A stretch of DNA of 64,000 nucleotides, taken from Nitrospirota bacterium. GTDB taxonomy: Bacteria; Nitrospirota; Nitrospiria; Nitrospirales; Nitrospiraceae. The stretch is from assembly GCA_963703955.1 (NCBI GenBank), contig CAVPGK010000017.1, forward strand, positions 64,001 to 128,000, in the 5' to 3' direction. Of this stretch, positions 19,369 to 28,992 are shown one piece after another. The notes under the pieces were generated by a model. It worked only from the letters and a program-made list of their open reading frames with translations, was not told the DNA's origin and searched no databases. Numbering within the stretch: position 1 is the stretch's first letter; each line of letters starts with the position of its first letter. Position numbers and translations under genes: made by a program.

Positions 19369-19936
19369 GCCGCACCTCCTCCTGATGGGCGAACCGTTCT
19401 CGACGCTCGAGGTGCTGACCACGGAGAGTCTGCGCGGGAAGGGAAAAATGGGATGGGCTACTTTTCGTATGCTCTACCGGTTGCATGGAGCGTCCTCGCG
19501 TCATGAAAACATAGTCGGTCCCCAAGCCTTTCATCCACAGATTCATGGCACTCATGATCGTGCGGCACGGATGCTCTCTCCTTGTTCCTGTTCACTACCT
19601 GATTGCCGCTTGGCTTACTTAGCCCCGACCTCCAGCATCGCCCGCACGGGCGCGGATACTAACTCACGTCCTCCCAGACATCTACAAGCCGGCTATATTT
19701 CCAGTGCCCAGAGATCGTCAGGACGGGCCCGGCGGCTGCCACCATGGCCAGCAGAGCGGCACACACTTTATGACAGCAGACAAGGGATCTCTTTAATCAC
19801 CCATCGCGTTGCAGTACGGTATCGCTCTGTATAGACTGGTCTTGTACGCGTAGACGAAGTGGACATCCGTCATTGACCTTGCCTTTCCCTTTTGTGAACC
19901 ATCAATCCAACGCGACGATTAAATTCCTCAGTTGGC

Positions 19937-21817
19937 ATGCTGAACCGGTTAGTGGACAGCCGTAAGGTATCAGCTGTGACGCTGGCCGCGCTCGGCATCG
20001 TCTACGGCGACATCGGCACCAGCCCCTTGTATGCCCTACGAGAATGCTTCAGTGACTCTCATGGAGTGCCGCTGAGTGCAGACAACATCCTTGGGGTCAT
20101 ATCCCTCATTATTTGGTCGCTGATCCTGGTCGTGACGGTCAAATATATCGTCTTTGTGATGCGGGCAGACCATGAGGGCGAAGGCGGAATTCTGGCCTTA
20201 ATGACCTTGAGCGGACGCCAGGAGCAGCGTGGACCACGAAAAGGGTTGGGCGTCGTGGTGATCTTAGGGCTCATTGGAGCGGCCTTCCTTTACGGCGATG
20301 GCACTATTACACCAGCTATCTCCGTCTTGAGCGCGGTGGAAGGTCTGGAGATCGCGACGCCTCTGTTCAAACCCTATGTCACCCCCACGACCGTGGCCAT
20401 CTTATCGATCTTGTTTCTCTTTCAAAGTCGAGGCACTGGACGACTGGGCAGTATCTTTGGTCCGGTCATGCTCCTTTGGTTTGGGACGCTTGCGATTCTG
20501 GGTCTCGGAAATCTTCTTCAGACACCGTCCGTTCTGTTGGCTGTCGATCCGATCCACGGCCTCCGCCTCCTGACCGAACACCAGGTGACGGCCTTTCCGG
20601 TGTTAGGCGGTGTCTTCCTTGTTTTGACCGGTGCCGAAGCCCTCTATGCCGATATGGGACATTTTGGGAAACGACCAATACAGCTTGGCTGGTTTACGAT
20701 CGTGCTGCCCGCGTTATTGTTGCAGTACCTCGGACAGGGCGCCTTGCTCATTCGCGATCCCGCGGCGCTGGTCAATCCCTTTTATCATCTGGCCCCGACC
20801 TGGTTCCTTTACCCCCTTGTGCTTCTGTCGACGGTGGCGACCATCATCGCATCACAGGCCATGATCACCGGCGTATTCTCTTTAACCCATCAGGCGGTGC
20901 AACTTGGCTATCTGCCGTATCTCCGCATTCTGCACACCTCCGCGCAACACATCGGGGAGATTTTCGTTCCTTCATTGAATCACTTGTTGCTCGTGGGTAC
21001 CATTGGGCTCGTCCTGGCCTTTGGCTCGTCCAGCAACCTCGCGGCAGCCTACGGTATCGCCGTGTCTGCGACGATGCTCATCACCACGCTGTTGATGTAT
21101 CGGGTGCTCCGTTATGTCTGGCGCTGGAGTGTGGCGCTGACCGGCGTAGCGATGGCCGTGTTTCTCGGCGTGGATCTGGCATTTTTCAGTGCGAATGCCT
21201 TGAAGATTACGCATGGCGGGTGGCTCCCCTTGCTCCTCGGTGCGGCGATCGTGATCCTGATGACGACGTGGCACGGGGGGCGCGCGCTCGTAGCAGCCCA
21301 TCTTCAAGCCGCGGCGCCTCGTTTGGATGAGTTTATGAGTATTGTGCCCCCCACCACTGGACGGGTACCCGGCCATGCTGTATTTCTGACTCAAAACCCG
21401 GCGGCGACTCCGCTGGCCTTTGTACAAAACGTCAGACACAACAAGATCCTGCATGAACACATCGTGTTTCTGACCGTCTTGACAAAAACGGTTCCCCATG
21501 TGCCGCTTGATCAACGCGTGGTGATAAAGCCGATGGGGGACCGCTGCCAGCACGTCATCGTGCACTATGGCTTCATGGACCGGCCGGATGTGCCGAGAGT
21601 ATGCTTCGAGTCAGGCAAGAACGGACTGAACATCCCAATCGCAGACACCACGTTTTTTCTCAGTCGCCTGACGTTCCTTGCCACCCCGAAGCCGGGCATG
21701 GCGATCTGGCGTGAGGAAATATTCGTGTTTTTGAGTCGCAATTCGCAGCGCGCCAGTTCGTTCTTCCAGCTGCCTTCTGAGCAAGTAGTAGAAATTGGGC
21801 TGGTGTTAGAAATCTGA
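19937..21817 (+). CDS. kup: KUP/HAK/KT potassium transporter
   Basis: GIVYGDIGTSPLY, GEGGILAL, EALYADMGHFG. Confidence 0.97.
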   Translation: MLNRLVDSRKVSAVTLAALGIVYGDIGTSPLYALRECFSDSHGVPLSADNILGVISLIIWSLILVVTVKYIVFVMRADHEGEGGILALMTLSGRQEQRGPRKGLGVVVILGLIGAAFLYGDGTITPAISVLSAVEGLEIATPLFKPYVTPTTVAILSILFLFQSRGTGRLGSIFGPVMLLWFGTLAILGLGNLLQTPSVLLAVDPIHGLRLLTEHQVTAFPVLGGVFLVLTGAEALYADMGHFGKRPIQLGWFTIVLPALLLQYLGQGALLIRDPAALVNPFYHLAPTWFLYPLVLLSTVATIIASQAMITGVFSLTHQAVQLGYLPYLRILHTSAQHIGEIFVPSLNHLLLVGTIGLVLAFGSSSNLAAAYGIAVSATMLITTLLMYRVLRYVWRWSVALTGVAMAVFLGVDLAFFSANALKITHGGWLPLLLGAAIVILMTTWHGGRALVAAHLQAAAPRLDEFMSIVPPTTGRVPGHAVFLTQNPAATPLAFVQNVRHNKILHEHIVFLTVLTKTVPHVPLDQRVVIKPMGDRCQHVIVHYGFMDRPDVPRVCFESGKNGLNIPIADTTFFLSRLTFLATPKPGMAIWREEIFVFLSRNSQRASSFFQLPSEQVVEIGLVLEI

Positions 21818-22196
21818 AACTGAGTAATTGGCAGGAGCACCTCGCTTAAACTCCTAATCCTAAATGCACTGATGCTTCCGCCGGCTGTAAGGTGGCGCGG
21901 CTTCCTCTCCACGTTGGGCCATAACCTAATGGTCGCAATTTTCTTTTACGTCAGCAAATCAAAGGTGCTGTTGCGATCGGGTTCTGCATGTAAAGGCCGG
22001 CCTGATTTTCATTCATCTCGTCTAATCGGTCGATCGCCTTGTGTGTTCCACCGCACGAGCAGGTATGGTGCTTTTTCCACCCGGCTATGAAAATTGTACT
22101 TTCGCTTATTTTTTTCGTTTTGCTGAGCTATGAACGTGTAGGAACTAGAGTCAGTCATGCTGGCGTGTTCTGTAACGCGAGGCAAGGGCTACACCC

Positions 22197-23507
22197 ATGA
22201 CCTTTTGGTTCATCATCGTGGGGGTCTTGCTAATTGCCATGGCGCTGGCGGATACGGTAGTTCAGCGTCTCCCGCTAACCACGTCAATGGTTTACTTGGC
22301 AGTAGGGCTGGGGCTAGGCCCCCATGGGTTCGGCTTGATCCAGCTAGACCCCCTTACCCACACATCGATCGTTGAACGGCTCACCGAAATAGCCGTCATC
22401 ATCTCCCTCTTTACGGCTGGACTCAAGCTGAGCATTGCCATCGATGATGCGAGATGGTTGGTTCCGATTCGGCTCGCTTTCGGCTCCATGGTGCTGACCG
22501 TCGGACTCATTGCCATCGTTGGGGTTGTCATGGTGGACCTGCCATTTGGAGCGGCCATCCTGTTGGGAGCTATCCTGGCCCCTACCGATCCCGTGCTTGC
22601 CTCCGATGTCCAAGTCCAGCACGCCGAAGACGTAGATCCGCTCCGATTTACGCTGACCAGCGAAGCGGGCCTGAATGACGGCACCGCGTTTCCCTTCGTC
22701 ATGCTTGGTCTGGGACTGCTTGGCCTGCATGAGCTGGGCACGGCTGGCTGGCGCTGGGTCGCAGTCGATCTCATCTGGGCGACGGCGGGCGGCTTCGCCA
22801 TCGGCGGGGTGCTTGGGACGATGGTCGCTCGTTTGATTCTATACTTGCGGAGGGAGCACCAAGAGGCGCTGGGGCGGGATGAGTTTTTGGCGCTAGGCCT
22901 GATTGCCGTGTCCTATGGCATCGCCGTCGCTGTGTCAGCCTATGGCTTTCTGGCCGTTTTTGCAGCAGGGGTCGCCCTTCGGCGCATCGAGCGCGTATCC
23001 AGGCAGACGGCTTCCCCTCCGGTCTTGCTGCCCGTGACCGCAGGCGAACAGGTGACCCAGGGAGAGAAAGCTCCAGCCTATATGGCGCAGGCTGTGCTCA
23101 GCTTCAACGAACAGCTTGAGCGGGTTGGGGAAGTCGCCGTCGTCCTCATTCTTGGCGGCATGCTGTTTCTTCACGACGTCTCGGTGGGGGCACTAGGGTT
23201 GGTGCTGTTGCTGCTCGTCGTCATTCGGCCCCTTGCGGTCATGCTGGGACTCATCGCCACGCCCGCAATAGGCCTTCTGAAACCTCTCATCGCGTGGTTC
23301 GGCATTCGTGGCATCGGATCAATTTATTACTTGATGTATGCGATTGAGCATGGCCTGTCCCGAACGCTCGCCTACCAGTTGACAGAACTCACGCTAACCG
23401 TAGTGGCGGTCTCTATCCTTATCCATGGAATGTCGGTCACGCCGCTCATGAAGCGATATGAAAAACAAATAGGACGTCGTGCGCGGGGAGTTACCTCGCA
23501 GACCTGA
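22197..23507 (+). CDS. Cation:proton antiporter (CPA1/NhaP-like)
   Basis: LAPTDPVLA, EAGLNDG, WFGIRGIGS motifs. Confidence 0.9.
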   Translation: MTFWFIIVGVLLIAMALADTVVQRLPLTTSMVYLAVGLGLGPHGFGLIQLDPLTHTSIVERLTEIAVIISLFTAGLKLSIAIDDARWLVPIRLAFGSMVLTVGLIAIVGVVMVDLPFGAAILLGAILAPTDPVLASDVQVQHAEDVDPLRFTLTSEAGLNDGTAFPFVMLGLGLLGLHELGTAGWRWVAVDLIWATAGGFAIGGVLGTMVARLILYLRREHQEALGRDEFLALGLIAVSYGIAVAVSAYGFLAVFAAGVALRRIERVSRQTASPPVLLPVTAGEQVTQGEKAPAYMAQAVLSFNEQLERVGEVAVVLILGGMLFLHDVSVGALGLVLLLLVVIRPLAVMLGLIATPAIGLLKPLIAWFGIRGIGSIYYLMYAIEHGLSRTLAYQLTELTLTVVAVSILIHGMSVTPLMKRYEKQIGRRARGVTSQT

Positions 23508-23779
23508 GGAGGACTCGAATGGTGATCCTCATGGGAAGATGTGCTGGCACGGGACGAGGATGATCTTCTTTCGTTTGGAATGGTATGTTGCTTGAGTGAC
23601 ACGGTCCATCGTTCACGCCCAAACGTCGTCCCAGGTGGGCTGAACGTAAGCTCTTGGCATAACCCTTCGTAGTTGGGCTGTCCGCCGTCGAAGGAGACAC
23701 GATTAGGTTGCCTTGATCTCCTTGTATTGAGCAGGCGAGAATTCGAAAAGTTAGTCTAGACCTACCGTATCATTTCCAT

Positions 23780-23822
23780 TGAGCAATTTTGATCAGTCTC
23801 AATCCCTCCAAAGGCATACAAT
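23780..23822 (+). promoter_or_regulatory. Crp-like palindrome (23780-23795) plus -10 TACAAT, upstream of the CsbD gene
   Basis: TGAGCAATTTTGATCA-GTCT; TACAAT at 23817. Confidence 0.72.
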
Positions 23823-23900
23823 GTAGCCTAATCCGTCATTGCCTCCGCACCGTTTCACGAACGCGAATGACGTTATCACCAGGAGGAAGAGGAGGGCAGC

Positions 23901-24122
23901 ATGAACCAGGAACAATTCAAAGGGAGTTGGGACCAGCTTAAAGGAGAGCTCAAGACGCAATGGGGCAAACTGACCGACGATGATCTTCTCCAGGTGGAGG
24001 GCGATCAGGACAAGTTCAACGGCGCCATCCATAAGCGGTACGGCGAAATGAAGGAATTAGTCAGCCAGTGGGTCGATCGGTGGCATGAACGAGACCGACA
24101 TTCGAAAAAAACGACACTGTGA
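23901..24122 (+). CDS. CsbD family stress protein (paralog of 5390)
   Basis: GSWDQLKGELKTQWGKLTDDDL. Confidence 0.9.
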   Translation: MNQEQFKGSWDQLKGELKTQWGKLTDDDLLQVEGDQDKFNGAIHKRYGEMKELVSQWVDRWHERDRHSKKTTL

Positions 24123-24461
24123 CCACTTGGAACCCGTCGATGTGGTAAGTCGGCACATATGAAACGGCAGATCTCTCTCGGTTCACATCAGGAGGCCTGA
24201 CCGTGGAACCCGCTATAAGACAAGCATCTCCGTGGACGTTGGTGAGTGAGTACTGCGAAGGAGATGGCTTCCAAGAGAAACTGGACGTGCCAGACTGGCC
24301 GACCAAACTCGGAAGATGATTTTCTACCTGACCTGTGCGACAGCGATCTGGTTCTTCTATTTGTCAAACGGGATGTAGTGTCTCCATGTTGATTCTCATC
24401 GCACATCATCCACGGTTGTTGTTTCACATCCGAGTCTAGCTAATCACGCAAAAGGAGACCT

Positions 24462-24833
24462 ATGCCGAAGCCAAAGCATCACATCATCGTCTGCACCAAC
24501 GTTCGGCCACTCGGCCATCCGAAACCGTCATGCGGAGCGGCAGGGGCGCCGGAGATTCTGATGGCCTTCAACATGGGCCTCATGGAGCGAGGATACCAAC
24601 CGGGGCAGATACTCATAACTGGTTCTGCATGTTTGGGACCGTGCGAGCAGGGACCAACGGTTGTCGTGTACCCCGATGCCACCTGGTATTCACAGGTCAA
24701 AGAGGCGGACGTTGCCGCGATCTTAGATGAGCATATCGGCCAAGGTCAGCCCGTTGAGCGGCTCAAACCCAATTCCGTGTGGAGCAGTACAGCTACGTCT
24801 GGCCTGCATATACCTGATCCTATTGGGAGGTGA
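24462..24833 (+). CDS. Thioredoxin-like [2Fe-2S] ferredoxin
   Basis: HIIVC...SC...CLGPCEQGPTVVVYPD..WY. Confidence 0.9.
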   Translation: MPKPKHHIIVCTNVRPLGHPKPSCGAAGAPEILMAFNMGLMERGYQPGQILITGSACLGPCEQGPTVVVYPDATWYSQVKEADVAAILDEHIGQGQPVERLKPNSVWSSTATSGLHIPDPIGR

Positions 24834-25050
24834 AATCCTTCGCTTTTATCTTACCTGGAGGACGACCATGACGTCGGAAGAAGCCATATGCTCGTCGAGT
24901 ACGTGACAATGGTTGCCGATGGCTCCCAGTTATTTATCCGTACTCGCCGTTCTGCCTAAAGCGCCTTCTCAAGCAAGCCTCTATGATAGGCTAGGATTCT
25001 GTTCGGCAAGGAAATTCACAGTAACGACCTATGGGGTTTAGGAAAACGGC

Positions 25051-25356
25051 ATGTCACTCGAACGATCATCGCAGTTACCCGGAGGATTTCAGATCACCCA
25101 CCGGCGATTGGGCATTTTTCAGGGCACGGCAGCGGGACTGGCCTGTTGGCATCCTTCCACTGGGGTACCTGAATACGGCCTCTGTCGGTTCTCCACGGAG
25201 GAGAAGGCGCAAGCCTACATTGATTTTCTCTGTTCGCCGGCTCGCGCGGAAGCACTGGATCCAAATGATCTGCTTATTGAGCCATTCGACCGGATGCTGC
25301 ATGAGCGTTTACTCAGCGACCATCCGGTTCCTGCAGCGTGGGAACTTCCTCAGTGA
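25051..25356 (+). CDS. Hypothetical protein, paralog of 36259-36564
   Basis: Highly similar 101-aa protein present twice in the window. Confidence 0.75.
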   Translation: MSLERSSQLPGGFQITHRRLGIFQGTAAGLACWHPSTGVPEYGLCRFSTEEKAQAYIDFLCSPARAEALDPNDLLIEPFDRMLHERLLSDHPVPAAWELPQ

Positions 25357-25477
25357 GCCGCCTCTCAGGGCCGACGGCGGAACCGCTTTTTCTCTAAAGC
25401 GCTTTGCGTCCGAAGCGTCCGGAACGGTAGAAAACAGCCTGTCTATGGGAAGAGCCGTGAATGCCATAAATCCTGTG

Positions 25478-25681
25478 ATGGAAGGGATGATTTTAAGCAT
25501 CATGGTTAAGCTCAATCGACAGGCAAAAGAGGAAGACAACAAAGAGAAGACTCATATTGCAGAAATTCTGGCGATGCTTGCTGGGGCGATTCAGGAGGGT
25601 CAGCTTCAGTCGTTTGCAAAGCAAGTGCCCGCCTGGGGCAAAACGAACCTCAAGAACTGGAAGAAGATAGAAAAGGGTTAG
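25478..25681 (+). CDS. Hypothetical protein (start uncertain)
   Basis: Protein-like 3' part of ORF 25031-25681. Confidence 0.4.
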   Translation: MEGMILSIMVKLNRQAKEEDNKEKTHIAEILAMLAGAIQEGQLQSFAKQVPAWGKTNLKNWKKIEKG

Positions 25682-25743
25682 TCGTCATGGGAGAGCTTTG
25701 TGACGGATCAGGGTTGAGGCTAGATCTCCTTGGAGAAGATTGG

Positions 25744-26199
25744 CTACCAAAACAGTACGAAACGCTGGGGCATGATTCCATTTCCCGTGATCACGTACTC
25801 GTTCCCGTCCTGCTGCTGGACAATACCTTCTACCGTTTGGAAGCGAGGCGAGGTGTTGGCCGAGGGCGAAGCCGGCTTACCTGTGCCGCGTGTGATGAAG
25901 GTAGCATAGGCACTTGAAGGCGGGCCATCGAATCGTGCCACTACGGTATCCCCGACCACGATATTGTCTCTCACGGTATTGCTGTCGAAAAGGACGCGCC
26001 TTTGTCGTCCGGATAGTTCCCTGATGACATAGGCGTTACCTTCGTTCCGTACGACCTGACCCTCGATTACTGGCGATTGGGACTGAAATACTGGTCGCAT
26101 AGGCTCGGTCGTGGAGAAAGGGGGGCTATCTGCCGCGCAACCCATTAACCCAACGATCAACAGGGCGGCCAGTGCAAAGTGTGTCATAGGTTGGTTCAT
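25744..26199 (-). CDS. Lipoprotein with OB-fold-like repeat, second repeat apparently truncated
   Basis: LMGC lipobox; VIEGQVVRNEGNAYVI and TVEGIVQQQDGNEYVI repeat. Confidence 0.6.
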   Translation of the reverse strand: MNQPMTHFALAALLIVGLMGCAADSPPFSTTEPMRPVFQSQSPVIEGQVVRNEGNAYVIRELSGRQRRVLFDSNTVRDNIVVGDTVVARFDGPPSSAYATFITRGTGKPASPSANTSPRFQTVEGIVQQQDGNEYVITGNGIMPQRFVLFW

Positions 26200-26349
26200 G
26201 ACATTGCTCCTTTTCCTCGAGTCGTCCTTTCAGTGTCAGTGCTCAACTTAGATGCATCAGGACGATTCAGCGTCGACACCACTTAATGGGGGAAGCACGT
26301 AAGGGGGAGGCTAATCTGGGAAGGCCTCCCCTCTCGCGTCAACAGGGCG

Positions 26350-26679
26350 CTACTGCTTGGGCATGCGAGTCGCCTCAGTGACCGGCGGCTCAATCTTGAT
26401 GTTCGGCCCTTCAACCGTCGGCAGTTGGCCGGCTCCCTGCGGCTTCACCAGCCTGGCATTATTGGGATCCACCAGTGTCTGGCCCGTGTGCGCATCCTCT
26501 GACGTCGCAGCTGCCCTGAGGGATTGCTCAAGGGTCAGATTCTTTTGCCCGCTATCGTTGGCATACTCTCCGCCCGACGGATACCCGGGATGCTTGGGCA
26601 GCATCGAGGGATTCGCGGAGGCGAGAGAAGCAGCCCCTACCAGCACGAGCCCTGTCATCACCATCGTATAGAGTTTCAT
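26350..26679 (-). CDS. Secreted hypothetical protein
   Basis: Signal peptide ending ASA-NPSMLPKHPGYP; AAGGAG RBS. Confidence 0.75.
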   Translation of the reverse strand: MKLYTMVMTGLVLVGAASLASANPSMLPKHPGYPSGGEYANDSGQKNLTLEQSLRAAATSEDAHTGQTLVDPNNARLVKPQGAGQLPTVEGPNIKIEPPVTEATRMPKQ

Positions 26680-26719
26680 GACCTGCACTCCTTTCATTGA
26701 GAACACCATTACCTCCTCG

Positions 26720-26796
26720 CCATGGACGATCCCAACCCAGGCTAGTACGTAAAGTCCCACTGAGAGCTCTGGTCCGATGTCGCGCCAAACCTGCGT
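26720..26796 (-). pseudogene. Degenerate copy of the PELSVGL micro-protein gene
   Basis: AAGGAGG then ACG in place of ATG; 18-nt identity CCAGAGCTCTCAGTGGGA with the 12067 gene. Confidence 0.5.
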
Positions 26797-26941
26797 CTTA
26801 CCTCCTTCTTTCCTGTTCAGACTCAGACCGTAGTGGGTGTCCTGAATTGCCATCTCTCATCACCGGTGGAGGATCTTGACTCCGGCGTTGCTTCAACCAG
26901 AGACAGTGTCACTTTCGCGTCCCCTTGCAGTGGAGACCGCC

Positions 26942-27142
26942 CTACTGCACCAGCGAAACACCGTATCGAGGACGACCCTGGCTCCGCGTCGGTATGTGGA
27001 GACCTTTCCGATTCGCGTCAATTACCGAATCGATCACCTCACCACACAGCAGGCATTGCCAGCCGGAGAAGCAGAGTGTCGAGCTTCCCGCATCCTCCAA
27101 CCGGATGGTCACCATCAGACCCTGACAACGAAGGCAGTTCAT
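26942..27142 (-). CDS. Small CxxC...W.CxxCG Zn-ribbon protein
   Basis: MNCLRCQGLM...WQCLLCGEVID; GAGGT RBS. Confidence 0.75.
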   Translation of the reverse strand: MNCLRCQGLMVTIRLEDAGSSTLCFSGWQCLLCGEVIDSVIDANRKGLHIPTRSQGRPRYGVSLVQ

Positions 27143-27314
27143 GAGTTGACCTCTGGGGCTCACAACACAGCTTAAGGTTTCGGCACGCCCTAACCGACGC
27201 CTACACCGTCCACGAAGCATGGCAGACGGCCAGGGACCCCGCCAATTTGAGACCCGTCCTCCGAGACACGAACGGCGCCGTTCTGCTGTGCAAAAGCGAT
27301 AAAATCAGTGCTGA

Positions 27315-27410
27315 AGTCTGGCGTTGGAGCGGCGGAGACTGGAGATCGGTCGCGCTAGGAAGGACCGGGAAACGCGAGGGATAGGACAGCCAGCGTGGCT
27401 GAAACGTCTC
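27315..27410 (-). ncRNA. Structured RNA/leader family 1, copy F
   Basis: Minus strand GGCTG/CAGTC stem, ATC/GAT, TCGCGT/GCGCGA hairpin; preceded by TTGACT-18-CAATAT (27446-27417). Confidence 0.6.
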
Positions 27411-28022
27411 TGATGTATATTGCGCGTGAAGGGGCAGCTTAGTCAAGCGGTATTAATCGGGGCTGTGATAGCAGGTGTTGTCGCACTATTCTTATTTATG
27501 CAACCTTCGCTGGACCCATGCCCACCTTTCTATTCTCGGAGAGCCATTTTCTGTGAGGCTCTTGGCAATTCAAACCGCATGGTTCGCAAATTGTTCAGTT
27601 CGGGGACCTTGGTCAAGACCCGAAGCATTGCTCAGCTTTTCTGTAACCAGTTCCAACATCGTTTACTCACTCACTGACCAAATGGAAGTATGGTGACTCA
27701 CAATCTCGGTTTAATCTCGGTTCCCGCACATCGGCCATTAGCACGCCCTGCATTAATCCTGGTCCGATTCCGTATGGCATTGGTGGCTTCCCTCCTTGAT
27801 GTCGGCCCGACGAGCCAGGCCCCCCGCTCACGTATTCACCACCACCTTGCGACCCGCGCTGTTGCGAAAGTCGAGCTGAGGATAGCAAGATCTTGCGCTG
27901 AGGCGCCTTGTTTGGACCTGGCCAACTCCTGCACACACGATGTCCGGTTGATGTCTTCCGGTGGGTCATGCGGCCTTCACCAGCAGGTCAATGGTAAAGC
28001 TGAGAAGTCGTTCCGTAGTCTG

Positions 28023-28245
28023 AGGTCGCGCAGTGGAGATCCAGGCGAGTGGAAAAGATGTCGAGTTGGGCGACAAGCTCGTCAAGGGCGCCGATGTCAT
28101 GCGAGATAGTAGAGACATCTATTTGTCGTGGGCGCGCCATTATGTCGCGCTATCTGAGGGCAAACCCGAAGCGGCTGAAGATGAAGATGAGGATGAGGTC
28201 GAGTTCGGCGTGTGAATGTTTACTGTCGTCGAGAATATGGGCCCC
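28023..28245 (+). pseudogene. Near-identical 5'-truncated duplicate of 15018-15234
   Basis: Direct DNA match including stop codon and downstream bases; one extra DE repeat unit. Confidence 0.8.
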
Positions 28246-28514
28246 CGTCTCAGGTCCGTTAACATTTCTAGGGGTCGATCCGGGTCAGGGGTGGGATTGG
28301 GAACTGGCGCAGGATTCGGATTGGGAAGTGGAGGTCCGGGAAATGGATTCGGATCGGGTGGAAGCGGAGGCGGCTCGGGCTGGGGACTCGGCTCTAAGAG
28401 AGGGGAGACAATGTGAAACATGCTCAGCTCGCTCTTAATGTTGCAGGGCGGTCGCGAGGTGATCGGACGTATCCGATAACTGAAAATGTTTCGCACTGAG
28501 CCGGAACCAGGTGT

Positions 28515-28679
28515 TCATGTTGACTCACCATCCGACAGAAGGGCGTCAACCTCGGCTTCGCTACACGTCAGACCCTCGACTCCACGTCTAGGTGAGCGGG
28601 AGCCTGCACGTTTGAGCGATTTGTTGAACAGATGGTCTTTAGGTTGTTCTGCTTCCGCTTCAGAGCTGATTGCCATCAT
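28515..28679 (-). CDS. 54-aa hypothetical micro-protein
   Basis: AAAGGAGAA RBS at the end of leader family 2; MMAISSEAEAEQPKDHL... Confidence 0.4.
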   Translation of the reverse strand: MMAISSEAEAEQPKDHLFNKSLKRAGSRSPRRGVEGLTCSEAEVDALLSDGEST

Positions 28680-28921
28680 TGGTTCTCCTTTCGTCGGTTA
28701 CTGGAGGAACAGGTAACTCTGCTCTCGTGAGCCGGCCACGGCGGCCACTCTGCAATGGCGAGTCGATCGCCAGACACGTACATGGCAGTTTTTTCGTTTC
28801 GTTCTACTGTGGGAGCCGAGGAAAAAGGAGAAGTTGAAGGCGAAATTGGGATTTCAACGACCCTTCATCGGAGCGCTTTACCCACGATGGGAAGACATAA
28901 CCACACATAGCAGGAAGTCAA
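28680..28921 (-). promoter_or_regulatory. Conserved promoter plus 5' leader, family 2, copy 2
   Basis: Reverse-complement homolog of 6246-6515. Confidence 0.6.
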
Positions 28922-28957
28922 CGGCGGAATACGCAGTTTTATCGATCAATATATCGC

Positions 28958-28986
28958 TTGACGGCCCCGCTCTTTGCGCCTAGCAT
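28958..28986 (+). promoter_or_regulatory. sigma70-like promoter for structured RNA copy C
   Basis: TTGACG-17-TAGCAT. Confidence 0.65.
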
Positions 28987-28992
28987 CCATCT

